DNA of 64,000 nucleotides from Candidatus Levyibacteriota bacterium. GTDB lineage: Bacteria > Patescibacteriota > Microgenomatia > Levybacterales > UBA12049. The position numbers and the translations under genes were made by a program. This document shows positions 29,475 through 38,672 of this stretch, piece by piece. The stretch is from contig DAIDHL010000003.1 of NCBI GenBank assembly GCA_027459745.1, forward strand, positions 1,125 to 65,124, written 5' to 3'. Numbering within the stretch: position 1 is the stretch's first letter; the number at the start of each line of letters is the position of its first letter. The notes below the pieces were generated by a model. That model was not told the DNA's origin, made no database searches, and saw nothing but the letters and a program-made list of their open reading frames with translations.

Positions 29475-31166
29475 ATGAAAAGCAAAAATATAAGCGGAGC
29501 CAAAGCAGTAATGGAATCTTTAATAGCCGAGCAGGTTGATACGATCTTTGGTTATCCAGGGGGAGCGATCATGCCAATTTATGATGCTTTATATGATTAT
29601 AAAGATCAGATCAAACATATTTTGGTCAGACATGAACAAGGTGCTGCCCATGCAGCTGAAGGATATGCCAGAACTAGTGGCAAAACAGGCGTATGCTTTG
29701 CCACATCTGGACCTGGAGCAACTAATCTCATTACCGGAATTGCCGACGCCATGCTCGATTCAGTTCCACTCGTGTGTATAACTGGTCAAGTTGCATCTCA
29801 TCTGGTAGGCACTGATGCGTTTCAGGAAGTTGACGTCATTGGTATAACCTCTTCTATAACCAAATGGAACTACCAAATTACCAAAAGGGAAGAAATTGAC
29901 TCGATCATCCACCAGGCCTTTAACATAGCTCAAAGCGGAAGGCCTGGACCGGTAGTAATCGACGTTACTAAAGATGCGCAGCTTAATTTGTTCTCCTATC
30001 AGGAAAAAAGGACAAAAAAATTTAATCACTCTAAAAAACGATTAAATAAAAGCACTTTGGACTCAATTGCGAGATTGATAAATCAAGCAGAGCGACCATT
30101 AATTCTGGCGGGTCATGGAATTTTAATTGCTAACGCGGAAACTGAACTAAAAAAATTTGTCGAAAAAACAGATATCCCTGTTGCTTGTACTTTACATGGT
30201 TTAACATCTATACCAGTTGATCATCCGAATTATGTGGGTATGCTGGGTATGCACGGCAATTATGCGCCCAATGTCTTAACCAATCAGGCAGATGTGATTA
30301 TAGCTATTGGCATGCGCTTTGATGATAGAGTCACTAGTGATACCCAAACTTACGCCAAACAAGCCAAAATTATACATATAGACATCGATGCCAGCGAATT
30401 TGATAAAAATGTAAAAACTAAACTAACTCTCCAAGCAGATGCTAAAGAGGCTCTAACAAACTTATTTCCGCTGATAAATAAAGCACAACACAGTGCTTGG
30501 TTGGAAAAATTTCGTCAACTTTATGACCAAGAGCACCTACAAGTTATAACTTCTGATATCAATCGACCGGATACCCAAACTGTCTCCATGGCTGAGGTTA
30601 TTCACCAACTGTCAGAAATTACCCAAGGTAATGCTATTATTGTGGCTGACGTGGGGCAGCATCAAATGGTCACTGCTAGATATTTTAAGCATACATACCC
30701 TAATCACTACTTAACATCAGGCGGTGCTGGCACAATGGGTTTTGCTTTACCGGCAGCAATAGGCGCGAAAGTAGCCAATCCTGACAAAGAAGTTATTGCA
30801 GTCATCGGAGATGGAAGTTTTCAAATGACACTACAGGAATTGGGAACGATTATGCAAGAAAATATTCCGGTAAAAATTATTATTCTTAACAATCATTACC
30901 TGGGTATGGTACGTCAGTGGCAGGAGTTATTCTTCACCAAACGTTATTCTTTTGTAAATATTGACAGTCCCGATTTCGTTGCTCTGGCGAAATCATATGG
31001 CATCATGGGCAATACAGTAATACACAAGTCTGATCTGAAAAAGTCACTGCAACTTCTATGGAAAAGTAAACAAGCTTATTTGCTAGAGGTAAAAGTGGTC
31101 AAAGAAACCAATGTTTTTCCTATGATACCAACAGGAGCAGCTGTCGATGAAATGCGTCTTGAATAA
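29475..31166 (+). CDS. ilvB: Acetolactate synthase large subunit
   Basis: FGYPGG, RHEQGA, TSGPGATN, GDGSFQM, LGMVRQWQ. Confidence 0.95.
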   Translation: MKSKNISGAKAVMESLIAEQVDTIFGYPGGAIMPIYDALYDYKDQIKHILVRHEQGAAHAAEGYARTSGKTGVCFATSGPGATNLITGIADAMLDSVPLVCITGQVASHLVGTDAFQEVDVIGITSSITKWNYQITKREEIDSIIHQAFNIAQSGRPGPVVIDVTKDAQLNLFSYQEKRTKKFNHSKKRLNKSTLDSIARLINQAERPLILAGHGILIANAETELKKFVEKTDIPVACTLHGLTSIPVDHPNYVGMLGMHGNYAPNVLTNQADVIIAIGMRFDDRVTSDTQTYAKQAKIIHIDIDASEFDKNVKTKLTLQADAKEALTNLFPLINKAQHSAWLEKFRQLYDQEHLQVITSDINRPDTQTVSMAEVIHQLSEITQGNAIIVADVGQHQMVTARYFKHTYPNHYLTSGGAGTMGFALPAAIGAKVANPDKEVIAVIGDGSFQMTLQELGTIMQENIPVKIIILNNHYLGMVRQWQELFFTKRYSFVNIDSPDFVALAKSYGIMGNTVIHKSDLKKSLQLLWKSKQAYLLEVKVVKETNVFPMIPTGAAVDEMRLE

Positions 31167-31169
31167 TCT

Positions 31170-31409
31170 ATGGAGAAAAAAATATTTACTATTACTATTG
31201 TTTCCCAAAATACACCTGGCGTTTTATACCGCATAGCGGGTATGTTTTTACGACGAAAAATTAATATCGAGTCATTGCATGTTAAAGCAACCTCACTTAA
31301 AACAAAAGCTAAATTTATTATAAAAGTCACTTCAAAGTTGGATATCGTAAAGGTTATGTGCAAACAAATGGAGAAAATCGTGGAAGTAGAGGAGGTTGTT
31401 TTGAAATGA
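31170..31409 (+). CDS. ilvN: Acetolactate synthase small (ACT) subunit
   Basis: NTPGVLYRIAGMFLRRKINIESL. Confidence 0.88.
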   Translation: MEKKIFTITIVSQNTPGVLYRIAGMFLRRKINIESLHVKATSLKTKAKFIIKVTSKLDIVKVMCKQMEKIVEVEEVVLK

Positions 31410-32650
31410 CAATAACTATTCAACAAATCGACCAGGCAGCGAAAACTTTGGAGAAAGTTGTACAGCAAACACCATTACTGTATTCGAAACGTTTGTCTAA
31501 GCAGTATAAAGCCAATATCTACCTCAAGCGTGAAGACTTACAGGAGGTGCGCTCGTTTAAAATTCGCGGTGCATATAATAAGATCGCATCATTAACTGCT
31601 GATGAGAAGAGACGAGGAGTTGTTTGTGCCAGTGCAGGAAATCATGCGCAAGGTGTGGCTCTGGGATGTTTTCTGCAGAAAATAAAAGGGGTTATTTTTA
31701 TGCCCCGCGTTACGCCAAATCAAAAAATTGAAAAAGTAAAACAATTTGGCCAGAAGTATGTGGAGGTCAAATTGGTAGGCCAGACTTTTGATGATGCAAG
31801 TGCAGAATCGAAAATTTACACCCAACAGAATAATATGGTATACGTTCATCCTTTCGATGATCCTCTGGTTATTGCCGGACAGGGAACTGTAGGTAAAGAA
31901 ATTTTCGAACAATCCGCAGGTAATGTAGACATAGTTATTTCTCCTATCGGTGGGGGTGGTTTGACCTCGGGGATTTCCAGCTATCTAAAACAGAAAAATT
32001 CAAAAATAACAATCATCGGAACCGAACCCCAGGGGGCAGCCGGCATGCACTCTTCAGTAAGTAATGGCTCAGTGACATCATTGGAAACAATTGATACTTT
32101 TGTGGATGGCGCAGCAGTAAAAACTGTCGGGAATATGACTTTTGCCATATGCCAAAAATACGTTTCTAAAATCGTGACTATTCCTGAAGGTATGGACTGT
32201 ACGACCATGATAGAACTTTATCAAAAAGACGGCATCATCGCTGAACCCGCAGGAGCGTTAAGTATCTCGACTTTAGAAAAAATTAAAGATGAAATAAGAG
32301 GAAAAACTGTGGTTTGTGTGCTAAGTGGGGGAAACAATGATTTACTGCGCTATCCAGAAATTTTAGAACGAAGTCTGATCTATCTAGGCAGGAAGCATTA
32401 TTTCATCATCGAATTTGCCCAAAAGCCAGGTCAGTTACGTCAATTTGTAGACCAGGCGCTTGGCCCTACTGATGATATTGTGAGGTTTGAATATATTAAA
32501 AAAACAAACAAGGAAAAAGGTCCAGCTCTAGTGGGAGTAGAGTTACAAAACGCTAAAGATTACAATTCATTACTCAAACGTATGGATAAGATTGGTTTAC
32601 AATATAGAATTTTACAACAGGATGATTTACTGTATCAATATTTGGTATAA
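31406..32650 (+). CDS. ilvA: Threonine ammonia-lyase (short form, one ACT-like domain)
   Basis: KREDLQ..RSFKIRG, SAGNHAQG; ATG overlaps the ilvN stop. Confidence 0.93.
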   Translation: MTITIQQIDQAAKTLEKVVQQTPLLYSKRLSKQYKANIYLKREDLQEVRSFKIRGAYNKIASLTADEKRRGVVCASAGNHAQGVALGCFLQKIKGVIFMPRVTPNQKIEKVKQFGQKYVEVKLVGQTFDDASAESKIYTQQNNMVYVHPFDDPLVIAGQGTVGKEIFEQSAGNVDIVISPIGGGGLTSGISSYLKQKNSKITIIGTEPQGAAGMHSSVSNGSVTSLETIDTFVDGAAVKTVGNMTFAICQKYVSKIVTIPEGMDCTTMIELYQKDGIIAEPAGALSISTLEKIKDEIRGKTVVCVLSGGNNDLLRYPEILERSLIYLGRKHYFIIEFAQKPGQLRQFVDQALGPTDDIVRFEYIKKTNKEKGPALVGVELQNAKDYNSLLKRMDKIGLQYRILQQDDLLYQYLV

Positions 32651-32657
32651 ATAAGAT

Positions 32658-33038
32658 ATGCAACAGATTCAAACCAAGAAAGCACCTCAAGCCATTGGCC
32701 CTTACTCACAAGCTATCATGTTGGAAAATGGAACCATATATTGCTCAGGACAAATAGGGTTGAACCCACAAACCGGAGAATTAGCTTCGGGAATAGAGGC
32801 ACAAACCAAACAAATTATGCAAAATATTCAAGCTCTACTGGAAGAGTTAGGTTATTCACTGGAAAATATCTGCAAAACCACTATCTTCTTGACTGATATG
32901 AACGACTTTACAAAAGTGAATGAAATTTATGGCTCATTTTTCTCTACACACAAACCTGCCCGGTCAACCGTAGGGGTGGCTCAGTTACCAAAACATGCAT
33001 TAGTAGAAATCGAAGTGATTGCCTATAATAAAATTTGA
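32658..33038 (+). CDS. ridA: RidA family enamine/imine deaminase
   Basis: AP.AIGPYSQA, CSGQI, PARS, VEIE. Confidence 0.92.
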   Translation: MQQIQTKKAPQAIGPYSQAIMLENGTIYCSGQIGLNPQTGELASGIEAQTKQIMQNIQALLEELGYSLENICKTTIFLTDMNDFTKVNEIYGSFFSTHKPARSTVGVAQLPKHALVEIEVIAYNKI

Positions 33039-33064
33039 CAGTATGGTATATATTTTTGTAAAAT
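33035..33064 (+). promoter_or_regulatory. Promoter of the Val/Leu leader
   Basis: TTGACA-18 bp-TAAAAT. Confidence 0.6.
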
Positions 33065-33071
33065 ACAAAAT

Positions 33072-33122
33072 ATGATAAATAGAACTCAAGTTGTTGTTGC
33101 TCTCCTTCTTATCCGTTCTTAG
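33072..33122 (+). CDS. Attenuator leader peptide MINRTQVVVALLLIRS
   Basis: VVV/LLL codon runs; similar to the ilv leader; followed by antiterminator and terminator. Confidence 0.8.
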   Translation: MINRTQVVVALLLIRS

Positions 33123-33160
33123 CGGGTTAGATTTGGTGCAATAAACACACAAAATCATAT

Positions 33161-33181
33161 CCCGCGAAAGCGGGTTTTTTT
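33161..33181 (+). terminator. Attenuator terminator
   Basis: CCCGC-GAAA-GCGGG plus T7. Confidence 0.88.
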
Positions 33182-33826
33182 ATGGTAAATTTAGCAGAGA
33201 TAGAACCATCAATAAGATCATTTTCTACACCTTCAATAACTGAAGGAGGATTAGTAGTACCTCAAGCATTACCTATTCATGCTAGAGATAGATCGTTCTC
33301 AGATTTACGCAGAGTCCGATTTATAGACGCTGTAGATGAGGATCGTGGATACCCAATCTTAAAATACCTACCTCATTCTTCACAGCCAGTAATGTTTGGG
33401 ATACCACGAGGAGATCAACCAATCTATGGTGGAATATTGCGTAACATGGATCGTCATAATGTTGCATTATATGCACTAAACAAACAAATGGGTGGAGCAG
33501 AAAGAATAAGAACATATCTACGAGGATATTATGAAGTTAATAGACAAAAAAATGACCATTCGCGTCACATGGTTATCTTTGAAATGCATCCAGATGAGAA
33601 AGGCAAATTTGATCCAAAGGACTTACAGCCGGAAGAGTGGGGTTTTTTTGACCCTAACCAATATTTAACACAACAAAATATTCAAAGTATTATGTCTGCT
33701 GCAGCTGCTGATACATTAAGAGTTCAATATAGTAGAATATCTACGACAGCGTTTGAACAAAAAGCTCTTCAAGCCGAAAGAGCAGCTCGCAAGAAACATT
33801 CTTATTATGATCATCAAAGTGACTAA
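33182..33826 (+). CDS. Orphan hypothetical protein under the Val/Leu attenuator
   Basis: 214-aa ORF, ATG immediately after the T run. Confidence 0.65.
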   Translation: MVNLAEIEPSIRSFSTPSITEGGLVVPQALPIHARDRSFSDLRRVRFIDAVDEDRGYPILKYLPHSSQPVMFGIPRGDQPIYGGILRNMDRHNVALYALNKQMGGAERIRTYLRGYYEVNRQKNDHSRHMVIFEMHPDEKGKFDPKDLQPEEWGFFDPNQYLTQQNIQSIMSAAAADTLRVQYSRISTTAFEQKALQAERAARKKHSYYDHQSD

Positions 33827-33867
33827 AGATCTGTGCAGGAATTTTAGTTTTGTATTATAATCTGCCC

Positions 33868-34071
33868 ATGGAAAGAAGACCTTTCTCAGTTTATATACAC
33901 TCCACTCCCAAGACGGAAGTGTTGAGTAGCAGTTTGGAATATGCTGATAAGCAACCAGATCCTCATTCATCTATCAGTATTTTTGTCAAAGAAAGAAGAT
34001 TAAATAGCCAACCAAGAGGACTCCGAGCAGCTGTACTTAGAAGAAGATTAAAAACACAAAATAAAAAGTAG
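33868..34071 (+). CDS. Small basic orphan protein
   Basis: ATG 6 nt after TATAAT. Confidence 0.4.
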   Translation: MERRPFSVYIHSTPKTEVLSSSLEYADKQPDPHSSISIFVKERRLNSQPRGLRAAVLRRRLKTQNKK

Positions 34072-34075
34072 AGTG

Positions 34076-34149
34076 TGGGCCCTACAGGGCTCGAACCTGT
34101 GACCTTTACAATGTCAATGTAACGCTCTAGCCAACTGAGCTAAGAGCCC
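34076..34149 (-). tRNA. tRNA-Val(GAC)
   Basis: Cloverleaf; TTACA-TTGACAT-TGTAA. Confidence 0.95.
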
Positions 34150-34194
34150 AAACTGACTCCAATTATAGCATAAAATTTCTCACACTCAGTAGAA

Positions 34195-35400
34195 CTATTT
34201 ATTTACAAATAAAATAGCATTGGGAATATTGCGGCCAGGTCCTAATTTATAACCTCCATACCAAAGAGCAGTAGATCCACCTTCGTCTAAATTAAGTGCA
34301 TTATTCATACCCATCGCTTTCATTACATTCGCACTATCTTGCATCGTCGCGCCTAAGACATCGCCGATATAAATGGTACTACCAATATTTGCGATAAAAC
34401 CCCGTGTACCAACGCTATTATACTTTCCATCCCCGCTGCCTCCATAGACAATTTGATTATTTAGAACTAACAACGGCTGCATCGCCAAGACCATATCTGG
34501 ACTAGTATCACGACCCCATTGCTCAGAAGCGGATACAAAACGCACATTAGTTCCGGAAATAATTACAGCAGGGACTATGCTATATACATTATTAGCAGAG
34601 TTGAAATAAGTTTTATTTTTATTCATTAATAAAGTATCAAATGATCCTGTTTTACCTGCACAGCTGGGATAATCTGCTGGACAAAAAAATGTACCATTTA
34701 TGCCCGCCCATGCACCGTTACGCGAAACATAATCTGACAGAGGTAGTACAGGACAATTATTACCACAATCAGAGCCAGAAGCAGTATCGACAATTATGCG
34801 GGTCGAATTTAAATCAGCAGCAATAATATCGACTAAAAAAATTCCATTGCTAGTGCTAACATACTGCTGATTAAAACCATTCTTGGGAGGTATGTTTGAT
34901 GTGGTCGCATTGGCAGGTGCTAAACTACCTCCTGGTGTGCTCATTGCTGCAATCGTGTCTTGTGCTTGGGTAATTTGTGATTTTAAGACGCTTAAACTTG
35001 CCGATGCTGATGCGTAGTTCATTTCTCCCAAATCACTCACAGTCGTAACATACAGTGGAATCAATTTATCAATTTTTTGATTTTGATCCTGTAGATCCAG
35101 CATATCTTGATAAGCACTGATTGAAGATTTATAAGTTGATTGAATATTTTTTTCTAGATTCTCTAACGCTTGATTACGTTTATATTGATCCTGGTTTTTT
35201 AATGCTAAATAATTTTTATCAAGTATAGCTAAATTAATTGACAAAGCTGAAGTCTGTTGTTGTTGAGAAACTAAAGAATCATCAGTAAAAAAAATATAGA
35301 TCAAAAGAGCAATACATGATAATAACAGAATTACAATTATTATCCCTTCTTCGACCGGCAACCAAGTGATAAATTTTTTATAAATCCTTTTTATGTACAT
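34195..35400 (-). CDS. Phosphodiester glycosidase (NAGPA-like) family protein with TM and coiled coil
   Basis: AGINGTFF, ALNLDEGGS, GRNIPNAI. Confidence 0.8.
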   Translation of the reverse strand: MYIKRIYKKFITWLPVEEGIIIVILLLSCIALLIYIFFTDDSLVSQQQQTSALSINLAILDKNYLALKNQDQYKRNQALENLEKNIQSTYKSSISAYQDMLDLQDQNQKIDKLIPLYVTTVSDLGEMNYASASASLSVLKSQITQAQDTIAAMSTPGGSLAPANATTSNIPPKNGFNQQYVSTSNGIFLVDIIAADLNSTRIIVDTASGSDCGNNCPVLPLSDYVSRNGAWAGINGTFFCPADYPSCAGKTGSFDTLLMNKNKTYFNSANNVYSIVPAVIISGTNVRFVSASEQWGRDTSPDMVLAMQPLLVLNNQIVYGGSGDGKYNSVGTRGFIANIGSTIYIGDVLGATMQDSANVMKAMGMNNALNLDEGGSTALWYGGYKLGPGRNIPNAILFVNK

Positions 35401-35461
35401 AAAATAATGTTAGCATGAAGACTCTTGCAATTAAAAGCTTTATTATCTAAAATTTTATCTC

Positions 35462-35863
35462 ATGTCCAAAGCGTTTGTTGATAATCTAATCCACAATATG
35501 AAACTCGCCGGAGTTATAACCAAAGTCACACCTTGGTCAGTTGAGGGATTCGGAGATAAAGCTCTCAATGTCCGATATCTGGGAATTAAACTCCCCGAAG
35601 ACTGGCAGGAAATTTTTTCCGATAAAAATAATTTGTTATTAAAATTTGTGATTGATCGCTCAACTGCGGTGGTTGAATTTTATCTGGCCAACAAACCACC
35701 CTTTGTAAAAATAATTACACGTGATTTTAATGACGGCGATAAATGGGAGAATGTCTTGGGTGAAGTGAAGAATAGATTAAAACGTGACAAAGCAGATTTT
35801 CAAAATCACAATGAACAAGTAGGAAATATTTATAGCCGAATAAATGCTGCGCTCAAGAAGTAA
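35462..35863 (+). CDS. Hypothetical protein
   Basis: 133-aa ORF. Confidence 0.6.
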   Translation: MSKAFVDNLIHNMKLAGVITKVTPWSVEGFGDKALNVRYLGIKLPEDWQEIFSDKNNLLLKFVIDRSTAVVEFYLANKPPFVKIITRDFNDGDKWENVLGEVKNRLKRDKADFQNHNEQVGNIYSRINAALKK

Positions 35864-35888
35864 GAATTATATTTAGTTTTAAATAGAC

Positions 35889-36185
35889 TTAGTCACTATT
35901 TACCACACCTACGTAATCAATTTTTGGGAAGCGCATCCTAATTTCTTTCCAAAAATTTTCAGATAGACTCTGTGAGAATTTACCATATTTACCTGACTCA
36001 GTTTTGGAGCATAGCATATTTTCCCAGCGTTGAATGATACGCACGGCTTTTTGTCCAATTTGATTAAATTCTTCTTGAAATACCTGTGGTTCATCGACGT
36101 ATTTAGCGTGAATCAGCGAGAAGGATTCAAATAATTCCTTGTTCGCCTCAAGCATGTCCAAAACTTGTTGTTTGTACTTAACCAT
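35889..36185 (-). CDS. Conserved hypothetical protein
   Basis: 98-aa ORF, protein-like composition. Confidence 0.7.
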   Translation of the reverse strand: MVKYKQQVLDMLEANKELFESFSLIHAKYVDEPQVFQEEFNQIGQKAVRIIQRWENMLCSKTESGKYGKFSQSLSENFWKEIRMRFPKIDYVGVVNSD

Positions 36186-36249
36186 AAAGATCTATGCTAA
36201 TAAAATAAACACTTTTCGTCAAGATATATTTGGTGTTATACTATTTTCC

Positions 36250-36840
36250 ATGACTCACGAACAGGCATATATACTACTGACTAAATATTTAAAAAACAAG
36301 AATCTAATCAAGCATTGCCGATCTTGTGAAGTCGCCATGCAAGCTTTGTGCAAACACTTACACCCCGATGCAACAGAAGAAGAAATACAAACCTGGGGCA
36401 TCACTGGACTATTACATGATGTTGATTATGAGATAGCCCAAGAAAAAAATATGTTGGATAAACACGGCTTGTTAATTTTTGATAAAACCCTCATCGGTAT
36501 TGAAGAGACTACTTTTCCTGAGAGAATTAAACATGCTATTCAAGCCCACAATTATGAGCATACGCAAGTTATGCCAGCCAGTGATTTAGATTGGGGAATA
36601 GCCTGTATAGATCAGCTAACTGGCCTAATCATTGCTGCTGCTTTGGTACGACCTGATAAACAACTAAGTTCGGTAGACACAACAACCGTTTTAAAAAGAT
36701 TTAAAGAAAAAAGTTTTGCCAAAGGTGCGAGTAGAGAGTCTATCCAAAATTGTGAAGAAAAACTCGGCATTCCACTTGATCAGTTTATTACTATTACTCT
36801 GCAAGCCATGCAGGAAATCCACCAAGAATTAGGTTTATAA
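36250..36840 (+). CDS. HD-domain (HDIG) phosphohydrolase
   Basis: KH...GLLHDVD...AH...DQLTGLI; start MTHEQ. Confidence 0.85.
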   Translation: MTHEQAYILLTKYLKNKNLIKHCRSCEVAMQALCKHLHPDATEEEIQTWGITGLLHDVDYEIAQEKNMLDKHGLLIFDKTLIGIEETTFPERIKHAIQAHNYEHTQVMPASDLDWGIACIDQLTGLIIAAALVRPDKQLSSVDTTTVLKRFKEKSFAKGASRESIQNCEEKLGIPLDQFITITLQAMQEIHQELGL

Positions 36841-36955
36841 GCTCCAAAGTTTAAATTATATATCTCAGAAAACTTGGAAAACTCAGTTAATCAGTCTGAT
36901 AACCTTACTGGGCTGATTCTCTGAGTGTCCTGAAAATTGTGATTAATTTGAGGAT

Positions 36956-37447
36956 CTATGGTCTTACAATGTGCCAGACGCCACCGACGCCATCACCATT
37001 TATATCACCAGGTTTTTTATCCTGAATATAGTAGTACAAAGGCATACCTTTCCAAGCAAATTGTTTGGAACCATCACTGCGTGTAATCACGGAGATGTTG
37101 GCAGGAAAAGTCTTCTGCGCGGTCGCGCCCGATGTATAAATCGGCCAGACAGCCAAACATTGTCCTGCACAATTACTTACACCATTATTATCCTTACTAT
37201 AGGTATAAAGTGTATTCCCAGCAAAATCAGTCAAATATTGTCCTTTGGTTTTGTCTGTTTTAATCAAATAAATGTTGTCCGAAGGAACCATGGCAGTAGT
37301 TGTTTTATTTGAAGTCACCGTAGTATTCATCATAACCGGAGTGGGCTGGGACATACCCAACATAGCTTTAAGCTGATGTCTCTCGAAATAACCACCAATT
37401 GCAGCTAATACAATTATTACTATTACTATCCACAACCATGTTTTCAT
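36956..37447 (-). CDS. Secreted repeat protein (COG4315/Lipoprotein_15-like)
   Basis: G.TLY.Y.KD, C.GQC...WP, G.PLYY...D..PGD. Confidence 0.8.
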   Translation of the reverse strand: MKTWLWIVIVIIVLAAIGGYFERHQLKAMLGMSQPTPVMMNTTVTSNKTTTAMVPSDNIYLIKTDKTKGQYLTDFAGNTLYTYSKDNNGVSNCAGQCLAVWPIYTSGATAQKTFPANISVITRSDGSKQFAWKGMPLYYYIQDKKPGDINGDGVGGVWHIVRP

Positions 37448-37504
37448 ATACTAATGTGAGAATAATCACTTTTTAATTCGTTGTCAATATCTAAATAACA
37501 AATA

Positions 37505-38008
37505 CTAAAATTTCCTACTATCATAGGCCCAGTGCAATAGGGCTTGTCTTTGAACAGGACGGCACAAGAGATCCTCTGGACGGCAATTTTTATTTATTTG
37601 TGCAATATGTCGTCGCATATTCTTCCATCTTTTAACTTGCCTAAGATCTTCACTTGGGATACGTCTACCCATGTAATAGCGACAATACCACTGAAACCAA
37701 CCCCTAGGATCATCCCTATAAATCCATCCCTTATTTTGCCAAATCTTTAGTGGCTGACTGGCATTTACTTTAAAATAATTCAATTGTGCATCATGAAACT
37801 CGTGATTTAACTTAGCGTATTCAAACCAATCAGAAGGAAATTCTGTAAGACAATCTGTCATGTATTTACCACCAAAGACACCCATTCGTAGCATCTCTTT
37901 AGGAGTAAGATCAGGTTTAAATTCAGAAGCAAAGTTTTTACCAACTGGCTCAATCAGAAAGTAGGTATAGTTTTTCTGCATTAAGTCATTTACCACTACT
38001 TTTCTCAT
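37505..38008 (-). CDS. Conserved hypothetical protein
   Basis: LTPKEML..GVFGG, DPRGWFQWYCRYYMGRR, RQALLHWAYD; start overlaps the tspO stop. Confidence 0.75.
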   Translation of the reverse strand: MRKVVVNDLMQKNYTYFLIEPVGKNFASEFKPDLTPKEMLRMGVFGGKYMTDCLTEFPSDWFEYAKLNHEFHDAQLNYFKVNASQPLKIWQNKGWIYRDDPRGWFQWYCRYYMGRRIPSEDLRQVKRWKNMRRHIAQINKNCRPEDLLCRPVQRQALLHWAYDSRKF

Positions 38009-38499
38009 CGATTCATCACCCACACACTATAGTTTAAATAACCAGCAAACGTCACCCATAACAAGTACGGTATTAAGATATAACCCGCAGCTTTTGAAAT
38101 TCTAGCAAATATTAACATGCACGCCAAGATAGTCATCCATAAAACACCCATTTCCCATAAAGCAAAAAATGGCTGTTGCCAACCAAAAAAAATCACCGAC
38201 CAAAAGAAATTTAACACTAATTGCAGAACGAACATTTGTATACCCAGTAATTTGGTCACTGCTAACCTGCCCTGATTTTTTTTATTCCACACCAAAAATA
38301 GTGCAATTCCCATTAGAAAATATAACGTTGTCCACACGGGTCCAAATACCCACGCTGGGGGATTTAAACTGGCTTTATGTAATCCTGCATACCAAGTAGG
38401 GATAGCTGTAAGTGTAAACGGGATGCTTAACAATCCAACTGACTCACAAATAACAATAGCACCAAGTACTTTGCTTATAAACTTGAAATTTAACTTCAT
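38005..38499 (-). CDS. tspO: TspO/MBR family membrane protein
   Basis: WY..L.K...NPP.WVFGPVWT.LY, LNFFWS, PYLLWV. Confidence 0.92.
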   Translation of the reverse strand: MKLNFKFISKVLGAIVICESVGLLSIPFTLTAIPTWYAGLHKASLNPPAWVFGPVWTTLYFLMGIALFLVWNKKNQGRLAVTKLLGIQMFVLQLVLNFFWSVIFFGWQQPFFALWEMGVLWMTILACMLIFARISKAAGYILIPYLLWVTFAGYLNYSVWVMNR

Positions 38500-38580
38500 T
38501 ATTTTCAGTATGTATCAGTACATTAAGTATGTCAATAAATAATAAAACAGATTAAGAGAGCGACTTTTTAAGTTTACAAA

Positions 38581-38650
38581 ACAATATCTGGCAACATTTG
38601 GCAATATCTGGTAATATTCGGTAATATCTGGCAATCTTTCGACAATTTCA
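38581..38650 (+). repeat. 10-bp tandem repeat array upstream of fic-2
   Basis: ACAATATCTG GCAACATTTG GCAATATCTG GTAATATTCG GTAATATCTG GCAATCTTTC. Confidence 0.85.
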
Positions 38651-38672
38651 GGACTATAGTTTAAATAATAAT

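Noticed and set aside
31358-31405. N-terminal extensions in the ORF track (ilvA, thrS, pheT, pilM, rnc, HD protein)
   Set aside because: Overlap upstream genes or repeats; conserved sequence starts at a later ATG
38581-38650. Possible CRISPR array
   Set aside because: 10-bp units with no spacers and no cas genes
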